Both the position numbers and the translations under genes were made by a program. Positions 37,620 to 47,399 of a DNA stretch of 64,000 nt are shown here, piece by piece. Each line of letters opens with the position of its first letter. The first letter of the stretch is position 1. The notes under the pieces are model-generated. The model ran no database searches. It was not told the DNA's origin and saw only the letters and a list, made by a program, of their open reading frames with translations. Source of the DNA: an uncultured Rickettsiales bacterium (GTDB lineage: Bacteria; Pseudomonadota; Alphaproteobacteria; Rickettsiales; CANDYO01); the NCBI GenBank assembly GCA_964550685.1, contig CAZJZY010000001.1, positions 2,155-66,154 of the forward strand, given 5' to 3'.

Positions 37620-38473
37620 CGTACTCCTATAAACATAGAAGCAATAAAGATTAAGGCTCCTACAATAGCGTTAGATTTGAACCTTCGTGCACAATTATCT
37701 CTATTGTATATATCGATGGTTTTAACCTGCCAAAATAGAATTATAACTGGTAATGTCATCAATACATAAAAATATGTACTAACTCCTAAAATACCAAAAG
37801 CAAATATAATCATGGTCACGGAAATAGTATAAAAGAAATTTAGATATTTGGCGGTTTTGTCTCCAAGTTTTATAGCGCTAGATTTCAGGCCAAGCTTTAA
37901 ATCATCGTCCTTATCTTGATGAGCATAAATGGTGTCGTAACCAATAGTCCAGAATATAAAACCAATGTATAATAAGATAGCAGATAAGCTAATATTATAT
38001 TTAACCGAAGCCCACGCAATTAGAGTTCCAAGATTAAAAGTAATTCCTAGGCATAATTGGGGCCAATAAGTAAATCTTTTACAGAAGGGGTATAAAGCAA
38101 TTAGAGGAATAGCAAGGAAACTAATGGTCGTTGCAAGTTCATTTAAAAAGAATAGTAAAAATATAGCTGATATAAGCAGTCCAACAAGCAATTTAATAGC
38201 ATTTTTAATGCTAATAGTGCCTTTTGTGATGGGCCTGTCCTTGGTTCTTAGAACTTCTTTATCAAATTTACGATCAATAAGATCATTAAAGACGCACCCA
38301 GCAGAGCGCATAATAATACTTCCTATAATAAATATGATCACCAATCCTATATTGTTTAATTTGCCATTGGTTGCTAAAGATAAGCTAGTTAAGCATGGCC
38401 ATAGAAGCAAAAATATACCTATAGGTTGGTGTAGTCGCATTAGCTTTAGATATGGTTTAATTGCCTTTAGCAT
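37616..38473 (-). CDS. ubiA: 4-hydroxybenzoate polyprenyltransferase
   Basis: NDLIDRKFDKEVLRTKDRP and a YAHQDKDDD second Asp-rich motif. Polytopic membrane protein. Confidence 0.9.
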   Translation of the reverse strand: MLKAIKPYLKLMRLHQPIGIFLLLWPCLTSLSLATNGKLNNIGLVIIFIIGSIIMRSAGCVFNDLIDRKFDKEVLRTKDRPITKGTISIKNAIKLLVGLLISAIFLLFFLNELATTISFLAIPLIALYPFCKRFTYWPQLCLGITFNLGTLIAWASVKYNISLSAILLYIGFIFWTIGYDTIYAHQDKDDDLKLGLKSSAIKLGDKTAKYLNFFYTISVTMIIFAFGILGVSTYFYVLMTLPVIILFWQVKTIDIYNRDNCARRFKSNAIVGALIFIASMFIGVR

Positions 38474-40361
38474 CTTGCTTTAACATTCCATTTTGATATA
38501 AGTAATAAGCAGATTGATAATAATTTATTGCTCTATTTACCAAGTTTTTATCAGGTTTAGTTGCTTCAATTTGATCATTATCTAATAAATTATAGGTGTT
38601 TTCAATCTTTCCTGGTGATAAAACAACTAATTTTTTATTTTCTATATAGCCAAGTTTCTGGAAAGTAGAAATGAAGGCATTCTGATAGGTTTTACTTAGG
38701 ATATCATTACCGAAAAATCTACTATTATATTCTATATTTAATAAAGCTAAAATTGTTGGAGCTACATCAATTTGGCTAGAAGTTTTTGAGATCACCTTAG
38801 GTTCAAATAATTTAGGTGCGTAGATTAATAGAGGAATACGATATTTCTCAGGTGGGAGCGCACTCTTTCCAGCGCTACCTGCGCAATGATCGGCCGTGAT
38901 TACAAAAATAGTATTATCGAACCATGGTTTAGTTTGGGCAATTTTGAAAAATTCTCCTAACGCATAGTCAGTGTATTTTACTCCGCCATGCCGACTAGTT
39001 TTGGAGGGAATATCTATTTTTCCTTCTGGGTAAGTATATGGACGATGATTTGAAGTGGTCATAACAAATGAGAAGAATTTTTGATTATTATTATATGAGA
39101 CATCTGCTTGTTTAATAACTTGTATATATAGGTCTTCATCAGAAATTCCCCAGATATTTTCAAAGCTCACTTCATTTTCAGGTATATTATTCCTATCCCA
39201 GACTTTAAAGTTATTTTTAGTAAAAAAACGACTCATATTATCAAAGTAACCATATCCTCCATAGATAAATTTCATATCATAATTTTCTTTATTTAATATT
39301 GTGGCTATAGAAAATAAATTTTCATTATTAGGGCGACGAACTATAGATTGTCCAGGCATAGGAGGAATAGATAATGTTAGAGCCTCTAAGCCCCTAATTG
39401 TCCTAGTTCCAGTAGCATAAAAATGATCAAAATAAATAGATTTTTTAATTAAATCATTTATTACTGGGGTAATAGGCTTACCATTAATTATATCGCTTAA
39501 GAATTCAGAGCTTAAACTTTCGATAGTAATAAGAATGATATTATAATCTTTTTGAGGTCCATTAGCTTTAACATGGCGTTTTAAAAACAGAGGATCAATT
39601 ATTTCTTGATTCTTTACGGTGATATATTTGGTTAATTCTTCTAATGCATTTTCTTGATTGCGAGTTGAATAAAAATTTGGATAATCTATAGAGTTATTAC
39701 GGAAAGCAGAAAATAGGTTGTATAATCCGTTTTTGCTTAACTCATTTAGGTAATTGTTATCCTTGATATCAGTTACTTTAGGGTTGTAAAAAGAAAAGCT
39801 TAAGGTTGCTATACAAGAGAATAATATAAAGAAAATTAGTTGTTCTTTTGCGCTAAGAATTCTTTCTAGTTCGATCCTAATTTTTGGATGAAGTTTATAG
39901 TAAATTGCCGTTCCGCTTAAAAATAATATTAAGAAAATCCAGAAAACTGGGTAAGATTGAGTAATGTTGCCAATTATTTCATGAGTATAAACTAAATAAT
40001 CAACAGCGATAAAATTAAACCTAGTACTAAATTCTAGCCAAAATGTGAATTCTGATACTATTAGGAAGCATAGAGATAATACTAAGAAGAAATAAAAGCA
40101 ATAAGTTATGGCTTTTATAAGTTTACCTTGTTTATTTGGTACTATTAATGCTATTAAAGCTAAGGGGGCTAGAATATAAAAAGAAGCTATCAGGTCGTTA
40201 ATTAAGCCAAATCCCATAACCTGAAGAAAATCTATAGCATTATAATCTATTTGTCCTTCATAGAGAGCAAAAGAAAATAGTGATATTCTGCTTATAGAGT
40301 TAAAAATAAGAAACAGTATTAAAATTTTTGAATGGGCAAATTTTGTTATCATTTTTAACAT
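38457..40361 (-). CDS. LTA synthase / phosphoglycerol-transferase family sulfatase-domain membrane protein
   Basis: Five or more N-terminal TM segments followed by an alkaline-phosphatase-superfamily domain (NIILITIESLS, TSNHRPY, VITADHC). Confidence 0.75.
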   Translation of the reverse strand: MLKMITKFAHSKILILFLIFNSISRISLFSFALYEGQIDYNAIDFLQVMGFGLINDLIASFYILAPLALIALIVPNKQGKLIKAITYCFYFFLVLSLCFLIVSEFTFWLEFSTRFNFIAVDYLVYTHEIIGNITQSYPVFWIFLILFLSGTAIYYKLHPKIRIELERILSAKEQLIFFILFSCIATLSFSFYNPKVTDIKDNNYLNELSKNGLYNLFSAFRNNSIDYPNFYSTRNQENALEELTKYITVKNQEIIDPLFLKRHVKANGPQKDYNIILITIESLSSEFLSDIINGKPITPVINDLIKKSIYFDHFYATGTRTIRGLEALTLSIPPMPGQSIVRRPNNENLFSIATILNKENYDMKFIYGGYGYFDNMSRFFTKNNFKVWDRNNIPENEVSFENIWGISDEDLYIQVIKQADVSYNNNQKFFSFVMTTSNHRPYTYPEGKIDIPSKTSRHGGVKYTDYALGEFFKIAQTKPWFDNTIFVITADHCAGSAGKSALPPEKYRIPLLIYAPKLFEPKVISKTSSQIDVAPTILALLNIEYNSRFFGNDILSKTYQNAFISTFQKLGYIENKKLVVLSPGKIENTYNLLDNDQIEATKPDKNLVNRAINYYQSAYYLYQNGMLKQDAKGN

Positions 40362-40364
40362 ATA

Positions 40365-41726
40365 TTATCTCTTTGAGTAAAAATCAGCTAATTGTTTAAT
40401 GTGACCTATTTCATAAAGCTGCATTTTTTTATTTTGAAATTTAGTGCCGAATGGCACAATAGCGGAAGTAAATCCTAATTTTACAGCTTCTTTTAATCTA
40501 GTTTCAGCATGGCTCACTTTACGAATTTCTCCAGATAATCCAATCTCACCAAAAATAATTGCATTAGTAGGATTAGGTATGTTAAGTGAAGAAGAAAGCA
40601 AAGCGCAAGCAACAGCAAGATCTGCTGCTGGTTCGTTTATTCTGAGTCCACCAACAATATTTAAATATACTTCTTTATCATATAAATTTAATCCATAACG
40701 TACACTTAAGACAGCAATAATCATTGAAAGACGATTTAAATCCCATCCCACCACTGATCTTCTTGGAGTTGGTATGTAGGATGGGGCAATTAAAGCTTGG
40801 ACCTCAACTAACATTGGTCTGGTTCCTTCTATCCCTGCCAAAACACTAGAACCACTTGCTTTGCGTTCTGAAGGTGATAAAAATAGCTCTGAAGGATTGA
40901 GAACTTCTTTTAGTCCCGCTTCTTGCATCTCAAAAACCCCAATTTCATTTATTCCGCCGAATCGGTTTTTAACAGCTCTAAGGATTCTAAAGTGATGCCC
41001 GCGTTCTCCTTCAAAATAAAGCACGGTGTCAACCATATGTTCTAAAACTTTTGGCCCGGCTAATTGTCCATCTTTAGTTACATGGCCAACTATTAAGATA
41101 ATAACTCCTTTTGATTTAGCGAAATTAACTAACTCATGAGAGCAGGCCTTAACTTGAGAAACGGTGCCAGGAGCTGAATTAAAATCATTAGCATACATAG
41201 TTTGGATAGAATCTATCACTACTAAGTCTAATTTATCATCTTGAGTGATTAGGCCTAAAATATCATGAACATTCGTGGCAGATAAAAGCTTTACTGGAGA
41301 TTCTGAAAGTCCCAAACGTCTAGCTCTTAATTTAATCTGTTCTGTTGATTCTTCTCCAGAAACATAAGCGCAATTTAAATTATTTTTTCCTAATTGAGAA
41401 ACTAATTGCAGTAATAATGTAGACTTTCCAATGCCAGGATCTCCGCCAATTAAAATAGCAGAGCCCTTTACTAATCCACCACCTAATACTCTATCTAATT
41501 CAGATAATGAAGTTGGAATACGGCTATATTCATTAACATCAGCAGAGAGAGAGTGGAAAGATAATTGTTGGGTATCTGTATTTGAGGCTAAAGATTTTTT
41601 GCTAAACTTATTTAGTGCCTCTTCCTGAAGGCTATTCCAATCACCGCAATCTTCGCATCTTCCTGCCCATTTATTATGGACAGATCCACAGCTTTGGCAA
41701 ATATAGCAGGTTTTAATTTTACTCAT
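40365..41726 (-). CDS. radA: DNA repair protein RadA/Sms
   Basis: Zinc finger CQSCGSVHNKWAGRCEDCGDWNS, Walker A GDPGIGKSTLLLQ, KNRFG motif and a Lon-like C-terminus. Confidence 0.95.
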   Translation of the reverse strand: MSKIKTCYICQSCGSVHNKWAGRCEDCGDWNSLQEEALNKFSKKSLASNTDTQQLSFHSLSADVNEYSRIPTSLSELDRVLGGGLVKGSAILIGGDPGIGKSTLLLQLVSQLGKNNLNCAYVSGEESTEQIKLRARRLGLSESPVKLLSATNVHDILGLITQDDKLDLVVIDSIQTMYANDFNSAPGTVSQVKACSHELVNFAKSKGVIILIVGHVTKDGQLAGPKVLEHMVDTVLYFEGERGHHFRILRAVKNRFGGINEIGVFEMQEAGLKEVLNPSELFLSPSERKASGSSVLAGIEGTRPMLVEVQALIAPSYIPTPRRSVVGWDLNRLSMIIAVLSVRYGLNLYDKEVYLNIVGGLRINEPAADLAVACALLSSSLNIPNPTNAIIFGEIGLSGEIRKVSHAETRLKEAVKLGFTSAIVPFGTKFQNKKMQLYEIGHIKQLADFYSKR

Positions 41727-41789
41727 GTTATCAATATATGTGGTAAGATTTAAATAAGCTTAACATAGGCTCTAATCGAGTATAGATAA

Positions 41790-41817
41790 CTCACCCTTAA
41801 TTCAAGGGTGAGTTTTT
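41790..41817. terminator. 9-bp GC-containing hairpin between skp and radA
   Basis: ctcaccctt-aattc-aagggtgag followed by ttttt on the + strand. On the minus (gene) strand the trailing tract is only ttatct, so the direction is ambiguous. Confidence 0.45.
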
Positions 41818-41830
41818 ATATTAAATCTAA

Positions 41831-42373
41831 TTACTTTGTGGCTTCTGGAGCTTTTAAAGCAATGTTATCAATTTTTTTATCAATGCCTGCGATTACTTGA
41901 CTAGTGATATCTGCTTTAGGGTCAACATATACTAATAATTCAGCAGGGAATATTTGCATATATTTACCTTCTTTTGCGATATCAGAAATTACAGCCATGG
42001 CAGAAACGTTAAATTCGTTTAATGCTGCCTGTTGCATTTGTTCCATATTACTTGCTTCTTGCTGTAATTGATTACGGGCTTCGTTAAATTTATTATTAAA
42101 TTCTGTTTCTTTTTTAGCAAAAGCATCTTTACTTAAAACAGTTTTTTGTTTATCCAGTTCTAATTTTTGACCGTCAAAATCTTTTTGTAATTTATCTATT
42201 TTAAGTTTGAATTTATTTTGCAAATCCGCAAGTTGTTGAGCTATTGATTTGCCTGCTTTTGTTTCCATTCTAACTTTATCAGTATTAACAACAGCAATAC
42301 CATTGTTGCTATTGGCAATTGCAAAGCTACTATAAACTAAAATAAATATTGAAATAATGATTTTTTGTAACAT
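41831..42373 (-). CDS. skp: OmpH/Skp family periplasmic chaperone
   Basis: Signal peptide MLQKIIISIFILVYSSFAIA followed by a coiled-coil, Lys/Gln-rich body. It lies immediately downstream of bamA. The start is taken at the internal ATG that avoids overlapping bamA. Confidence 0.8.
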   Translation of the reverse strand: MLQKIIISIFILVYSSFAIANSNNGIAVVNTDKVRMETKAGKSIAQQLADLQNKFKLKIDKLQKDFDGQKLELDKQKTVLSKDAFAKKETEFNNKFNEARNQLQQEASNMEQMQQAALNEFNVSAMAVISDIAKEGKYMQIFPAELLVYVDPKADITSQVIAGIDKKIDNIALKAPEATK

Positions 42374-42383
42374 ATTTTTTCTC

Positions 42384-44660
42384 CTAAAATGCAGTAGTAA
42401 ATGTGATATCGAAGTGTTTTTCTCTATCATAAGATTCTTTGGTCATTGGCGTAGAGTAATGGATTCTTATTGGGCCCATGGGACTCGTAAATCCCATCCC
42501 TATACCATATGAAGAACGTATTTTACTACTATCCCAGATTTCACTTCTTTCTGCAACATCTACTTTATATAAAGTACCAGCATCAACAAAAACAGCGCCA
42601 AATAATCCCATTTCTTTACCGAACCCTAAAGGAAATCTAACTTCGGACGTTCCATTATAATAACGATTTCCACCAAGAGATTCTAGGTCTTCTTTATCTC
42701 TGGGGCCAACACCAGCATAGTTAAATCCTCGAAGACTATTCCCTCCACCTAAAAAGAAGCGATCATTGATTCTTACATCTTCATTTTCTAAGCCATTAAT
42801 GATCCCACCTTCAGCTCCTAACATAAATATCCAATCATCATTCATAATTGGATAATAATATCTAGACTTAGCAGTATGTCTTAGAAATTTTGTACTGCCT
42901 CCAAGACCTGCAAAATCTTGCCCCAATGTAATAAAATAACCATCTGTAGGGTTGGTATTAGAATCTAGCTTATTGTAAGTTAAGCTTTGTCCAATCATAG
43001 AGTTATTTCTTTCGCCTACTTGATCTTGTATTATGTCTGAAGCATCGCTAGGTACATTAGAGATTTTATTATGAGATAAGCTATAGTGAACTTGATGACT
43101 TAAGTATTCGGTTAAGTCATAGCCTATTCTAAAAACTATTCCTTCAGATTGTTGATCATAACTTCTATAGTGACTAGTATCTCGGTTAGCATTTCTACTA
43201 AATAAATCAATTCCACCAGAAAGGGGCATATCAAATAAATATGGTTCGGTAAAAGACATATCTGCATTGAAGCGGTTTTCAGATTTCATAAATGATAAAT
43301 CTAGCTGCTGTCCGTTACCTAATAAATTTGGTTCACTAAATCCTACCCTGGCTAAAGGACCGTCGGTAGTGGAGAAACCTCCTGCAAAATTTAAGCTAGC
43401 CGTAGATTTTTCTTGTAGGTTAAGATTTAGGTCAACTTTATCTTGCTCCTCTGTGCGAGAGGTTTCAATATTGGATCTCTCAAAAAAATCCAGGTTATTA
43501 ATTCGCTGCTCTGAACGAGTGATCTTGGTAGCGTTATAAGGGTCTCCTTCAGCTAAGCGAAACTCTCTGCGAATAACTTTATCTGCAGTTCTTACATTAC
43601 CCTTTATGTTTATTTTATTGATGTATACTCTTCTGCTTTCGCCAATAAAATAAGTGATATTGACTAATTTTTTCTCTTGATCTAGCCAGACTTGAGGGTC
43701 TACATCTACAAAAGCATATCCCTGATCATTAATTCTTTTAATTAATAGGTCAACAGACTTATCTACCTTTTTAACATCATAGGTGTCTTTTTCTTTAGTA
43801 GTAATTTCTGCTTTTAAATCAGTTAAATTAATATTCTCATCTTTCAGTTCAGATTTTAAATCAATTTTGCCGAATTTATATTTGCTCCCTTCGTCAATAG
43901 TGATTGTAATATAAAAACGTTCTTTCTTTTCAGATACATTAGTGATTACTGAAATAATTTTAAAATCTGCATAGCCTCTAGATTGATAAAATCTGGTTAG
44001 CAATTCTCTGTCATATTCAAGTCTTGAGGGATTAAATAAATCGCTACTAGATAAGAAGTAATACCAATGGGTTTCTTTACTGGATAATTCTGTTTGTAAT
44101 CTGCCATCACTAAAGGCATTATTACCAACAAATATAATTTTACCTATTTTAGCAACTGGACCTTCCTCAATTTTATACACTAGGTTCACCCTGTTTTGCG
44201 GAAGTGTAATAATTTGAGGAATTACTTTAGCAGAAAAACGGCCATTTTTATGATACAAATCTATAATTCGGTTTACATCCTCTTGTACTTTAGCCTTTGT
44301 GTATATAGCTCGTGGTTTTAGAGAAATTTCAGACTCTAAATCTTTGCTTTTAACTTTCGAATTTCCTTCAAAAGCGATGATATTTATTTTTGGATTTTCA
44401 ATAACTTTTACTAAAAGGCTATTTCCCTTGACAAATAGTTCAATTTTTTGAAACATATTGCTTGAATAAAGTTTTTTGATAGAGCTATCTAATTCTTCGT
44501 GATTAAAACTTACCCCAGGATGAATATCGATATAAGCTTTAATAGTATCATCTTCAATTCTCTCATTACCTTGAATTATAATGCTATTTACCGTTTCTCC
44601 GTAGGAAGAAGCGGATAATAATAAGGCGCAAACAAAAATAATATGTCTAAAAAGCATCAA
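42384..44660 (-). CDS. bamA: outer membrane protein assembly factor BamA
   Basis: 758 aa with POTRA repeats and a C-terminal beta-barrel ending ...HFDITFTTAF (terminal Phe). Confidence 0.95.
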   Translation of the reverse strand: MMLFRHIIFVCALLLSASSYGETVNSIIIQGNERIEDDTIKAYIDIHPGVSFNHEELDSSIKKLYSSNMFQKIELFVKGNSLLVKVIENPKINIIAFEGNSKVKSKDLESEISLKPRAIYTKAKVQEDVNRIIDLYHKNGRFSAKVIPQIITLPQNRVNLVYKIEEGPVAKIGKIIFVGNNAFSDGRLQTELSSKETHWYYFLSSSDLFNPSRLEYDRELLTRFYQSRGYADFKIISVITNVSEKKERFYITITIDEGSKYKFGKIDLKSELKDENINLTDLKAEITTKEKDTYDVKKVDKSVDLLIKRINDQGYAFVDVDPQVWLDQEKKLVNITYFIGESRRVYINKINIKGNVRTADKVIRREFRLAEGDPYNATKITRSEQRINNLDFFERSNIETSRTEEQDKVDLNLNLQEKSTASLNFAGGFSTTDGPLARVGFSEPNLLGNGQQLDLSFMKSENRFNADMSFTEPYLFDMPLSGGIDLFSRNANRDTSHYRSYDQQSEGIVFRIGYDLTEYLSHQVHYSLSHNKISNVPSDASDIIQDQVGERNNSMIGQSLTYNKLDSNTNPTDGYFITLGQDFAGLGGSTKFLRHTAKSRYYYPIMNDDWIFMLGAEGGIINGLENEDVRINDRFFLGGGNSLRGFNYAGVGPRDKEDLESLGGNRYYNGTSEVRFPLGFGKEMGLFGAVFVDAGTLYKVDVAERSEIWDSSKIRSSYGIGMGFTSPMGPIRIHYSTPMTKESYDREKHFDITFTTAF

Positions 44661-44665
44661 TCAAC

Positions 44666-45757
44666 CTATTTAAATAAACTGTTTAAGTCATTCAACGTAA
44701 CAAACATAGTTAACATTAGCAATAAAATTATTCCTATTGGAAAACCATAATTTTGTATTTTGCTTGCAATTTTTTTACCAAAACTTGCTTCAACAAGATA
44801 TATTAACAAATGTCCTCCATCTAAAGCTGGAATAGGAAATAAATTTACTAAGCCTAAATTAACAGATAATAAAGCCATAAACCATAATAAAGATTTAATT
44901 CCTGCCTCAGCAGATTTAGCGGAATATTGTGCAATTTTAATCGGTCCTCCAAGCTCTTTACTGCTTCTTTCTCCAATAATCATCTGTCCTATAGATTTTA
45001 AAGTGATTATCGAAAGCTTATAGCACTCAAATATAGATAATTTTATTGCACTAAATATATTTTGCTTTTCCATAATAATGGTATCGGTCATTATACCTAA
45101 TTTATAACTCTTAACTTCATTGCCTAGAATGTCTTTCTCTATTTTCTTTTCAGGGGTAACAATTTTATACTCTTTTTGATCATTAATTCTAATATAAACC
45201 TCTTCTCCCAAATTAAGCGACATTATATTTCGGATATCATCAAAACTTTCTATTTTTTTGTTATTGATTTCAGTGATTGTATCACCAGGATAAATGCCGG
45301 CTTTACTGGCCGGGCTATGCTCAATAACCCGGGTAACAACAGGAGTAGAATTGGGGTATCCATAGATAAGAAAAAAAGAAGAGAAAACTATCGCTGAAAA
45401 AAGATAGTTTGCTAAAGGCCCTGCAACAACTATAGCTGATTTAGTGAGTAATGATTTACAGGAGAAGGCAAAATCTTTCTCTTTTTGCGATAAATTTCTA
45501 ATTTTATTCTCATCAGTTTGGCTAGCGGCATTTTTATCGCCAAACATTTTAATATATCCTCCCATAGGAACTAAACAAAATTTCCAACGCGTTCCTTGGC
45601 TGTCATTAAAGCCAAATAATTCTCTACCGAATCCTATTGAAAATATTTCTATTTTTACTCCGGATCTTCTAGCCACCCAAAAATGACCAAATTCATGAAC
45701 AAATACTATAACTGTAAGCACTACGATAAACGATAAAATGATTGATATTATTTCCAT
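44666..45757 (-). CDS. rseP: RIP metalloprotease RseP (M50)
   Basis: HEFGHFWVARR zinc motif, an internal PDZ region and FPIPALDGG. Confidence 0.9.
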   Translation of the reverse strand: MEIISIILSFIVVLTVIVFVHEFGHFWVARRSGVKIEIFSIGFGRELFGFNDSQGTRWKFCLVPMGGYIKMFGDKNAASQTDENKIRNLSQKEKDFAFSCKSLLTKSAIVVAGPLANYLFSAIVFSSFFLIYGYPNSTPVVTRVIEHSPASKAGIYPGDTITEINNKKIESFDDIRNIMSLNLGEEVYIRINDQKEYKIVTPEKKIEKDILGNEVKSYKLGIMTDTIIMEKQNIFSAIKLSIFECYKLSIITLKSIGQMIIGERSSKELGGPIKIAQYSAKSAEAGIKSLLWFMALLSVNLGLVNLFPIPALDGGHLLIYLVEASFGKKIASKIQNYGFPIGIILLLMLTMFVTLNDLNSLFK

Positions 45758-45865
45758 ATTTAATTCCTAATTATTTTTCTAAGCGCCATTCTTCAGGTGA
45801 TTCTAATTTAAATCCATCCCATAATAATCCGCCGAATGGAGTTAGTATTTTTCTCACTAATTTTT

Positions 45866-46504
45866 CTAGGTCAGTTGCATCACCTGTTTCAAATAAAATT
45901 TTAAGCTATTTACAAATTCTTTTGCAAGATCTGGATTATCTTGATTTAAATAACGTATAATTGACTTACCACTTGCGCGCCATTTATTTTGACTTCTAAA
46001 ATAAAACTGTGATAAAGCTTCATATAACCAAGAGGCTGAAGCAATTTGCTCTTCTCTTGATTGCGGATATTTAATATTTTCTAACATATCTGTAATTAAG
46101 AAACGCTCTTTATCAATTTGTGTTTTTTTCCAAGATACAGGCCCTAATGCAAAAATTTCTTGAGCAACAGATTTGATAGTATTAGAAAATTCTGTAGGGG
46201 TAGTGATTTCAAGTCCATTTAATATCATATAGATAGAACCAGAAATACCATTCCCACGTCGTGACTCTTCTAAAAAATAGCGCAATGTCTCAATATCATT
46301 GATAAATGCATCAATAGGCCACCCATCATAAATAAAAGCCTCTCTACTGGCATTGTGGATCCTTTCATAAAAGATCATAAGATCAAGATCGGAGGCCTCA
46401 TTTCCTTGTCCTTTAGAAACAGAGCCGGCCCAAAAAATAGCCTTAGCATCTTGATAGCGCTCATTTATAAGCTTTTTTATAACATCTAATGGGTTTTTAC
46501 GCAT
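45866..46504 (-). CDS. nucleotidyltransferase-domain protein (pol-beta superfamily, KNTase/ANT-like layout)
   Basis: GSVSKGQGNEASDLDLMIFY matches the GS-x(n)-DxD NTase motif, followed by a helical C-terminal domain. Confidence 0.55.
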   Translation of the reverse strand: MRKNPLDVIKKLINERYQDAKAIFWAGSVSKGQGNEASDLDLMIFYERIHNASREAFIYDGWPIDAFINDIETLRYFLEESRRGNGISGSIYMILNGLEITTPTEFSNTIKSVAQEIFALGPVSWKKTQIDKERFLITDMLENIKYPQSREEQIASASWLYEALSQFYFRSQNKWRASGKSIIRYLNQDNPDLAKEFVNSLKFYLKQVMQLT

Positions 46505-46592
46505 AATATTTACTCATACAAAAAATTCATTCAATGGCTGATAAAAGCTGTTGAATAATTTAAAAATTCTGTTAAGATACCCTTTCTCTTAT

Positions 46593-46667
46593 TGGGGCGT
46601 CGCCAAGCGGTAAGGCAACGGTTTTTGATACCGTCATACGGAGGTTCGAATCCTCCCGCCCCAGCCA
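46593..46667 (+). tRNA. tRNA-Gln (UUG)
   Basis: 75 nt: tggggcg...acggt-ttTTGat-accgt...ggagg-ttcgaat-cctcc-cgcccca-g-cca. It closely parallels the E. coli tRNA-Gln architecture. Confidence 0.95.
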
Positions 46668-46670
46668 TTT

Positions 46671-47399
46671 TTAGAATTTCATCACCATATTTTTACCTTG
46701 TTTCTTTGCTCTATACAACGCTTTATCAGCTTTATTAATTAATTCTTCTAATAAATCAGTTGTCTCTAGGGCTGCAACTCCGATACTAATAGTGCATTCT
46801 TTCTCTATTGCTTTGCGTATTCTTTCTCCAACAACAAGAGCTCCCTCAAGATTTGTATCTTGTAATATCAGAATAAATTCATCACCTCCAAAGCGGGCCA
46901 ATATATCAGAGTTACGAACCGAATGTTTAAATATTCTTGCTGCTTCTTTTAATAAAGAATCTCCAGCCAGATGCCCGTAGGAATCATTGATATTTTTAAA
47001 ATCATCTAAATCTATCATAAGCAAAGACATAGGATGCGTGATATAATCATTATAATGAGAGTATAAATAATTTTTATTATATAGTCCGGTTAGCGCATCA
47101 AGATTTATTAAATCAGCATCCAATAGCTTCTTACTATGTTTTGCAAGACAAACCTTTATTCTTATCTCTAATTCTTTTTGACTAAAAGGCCAGATAATAT
47201 AATCATCTGCTTTAGTTTCTGCAATAAATTCTGCATCTTTTGCTATCAATATTATTGGAGCATGAGATGATATTTTTAAGTTATTTTTTTCAAGAACATC
47301 AAGTAAGATAATATCTTCATCTTGCTCAACTTGAGTAAATTGTGCAGGAAGAGTAAAAGATAATTTGCTTAAAATTCTAACTTTTATCATTAAAACCAA
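46671..47399 (-). CDS. diguanylate cyclase (GGDEF) with degenerate receiver-like N-terminal domain
   Basis: RFGGDEFILIL active site, with an RNSD I-site five residues upstream. The N-terminal DIILLDV...PIILIAKD...DDYIIWPF resembles a receiver domain lacking the acidic pair and the conserved Lys. Confidence 0.85.
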   Translation of the reverse strand: MVLMIKVRILSKLSFTLPAQFTQVEQDEDIILLDVLEKNNLKISSHAPIILIAKDAEFIAETKADDYIIWPFSQKELEIRIKVCLAKHSKKLLDADLINLDALTGLYNKNYLYSHYNDYITHPMSLLMIDLDDFKNINDSYGHLAGDSLLKEAARIFKHSVRNSDILARFGGDEFILILQDTNLEGALVVGERIRKAIEKECTISIGVAALETTDLLEELINKADKALYRAKKQGKNMVMKF

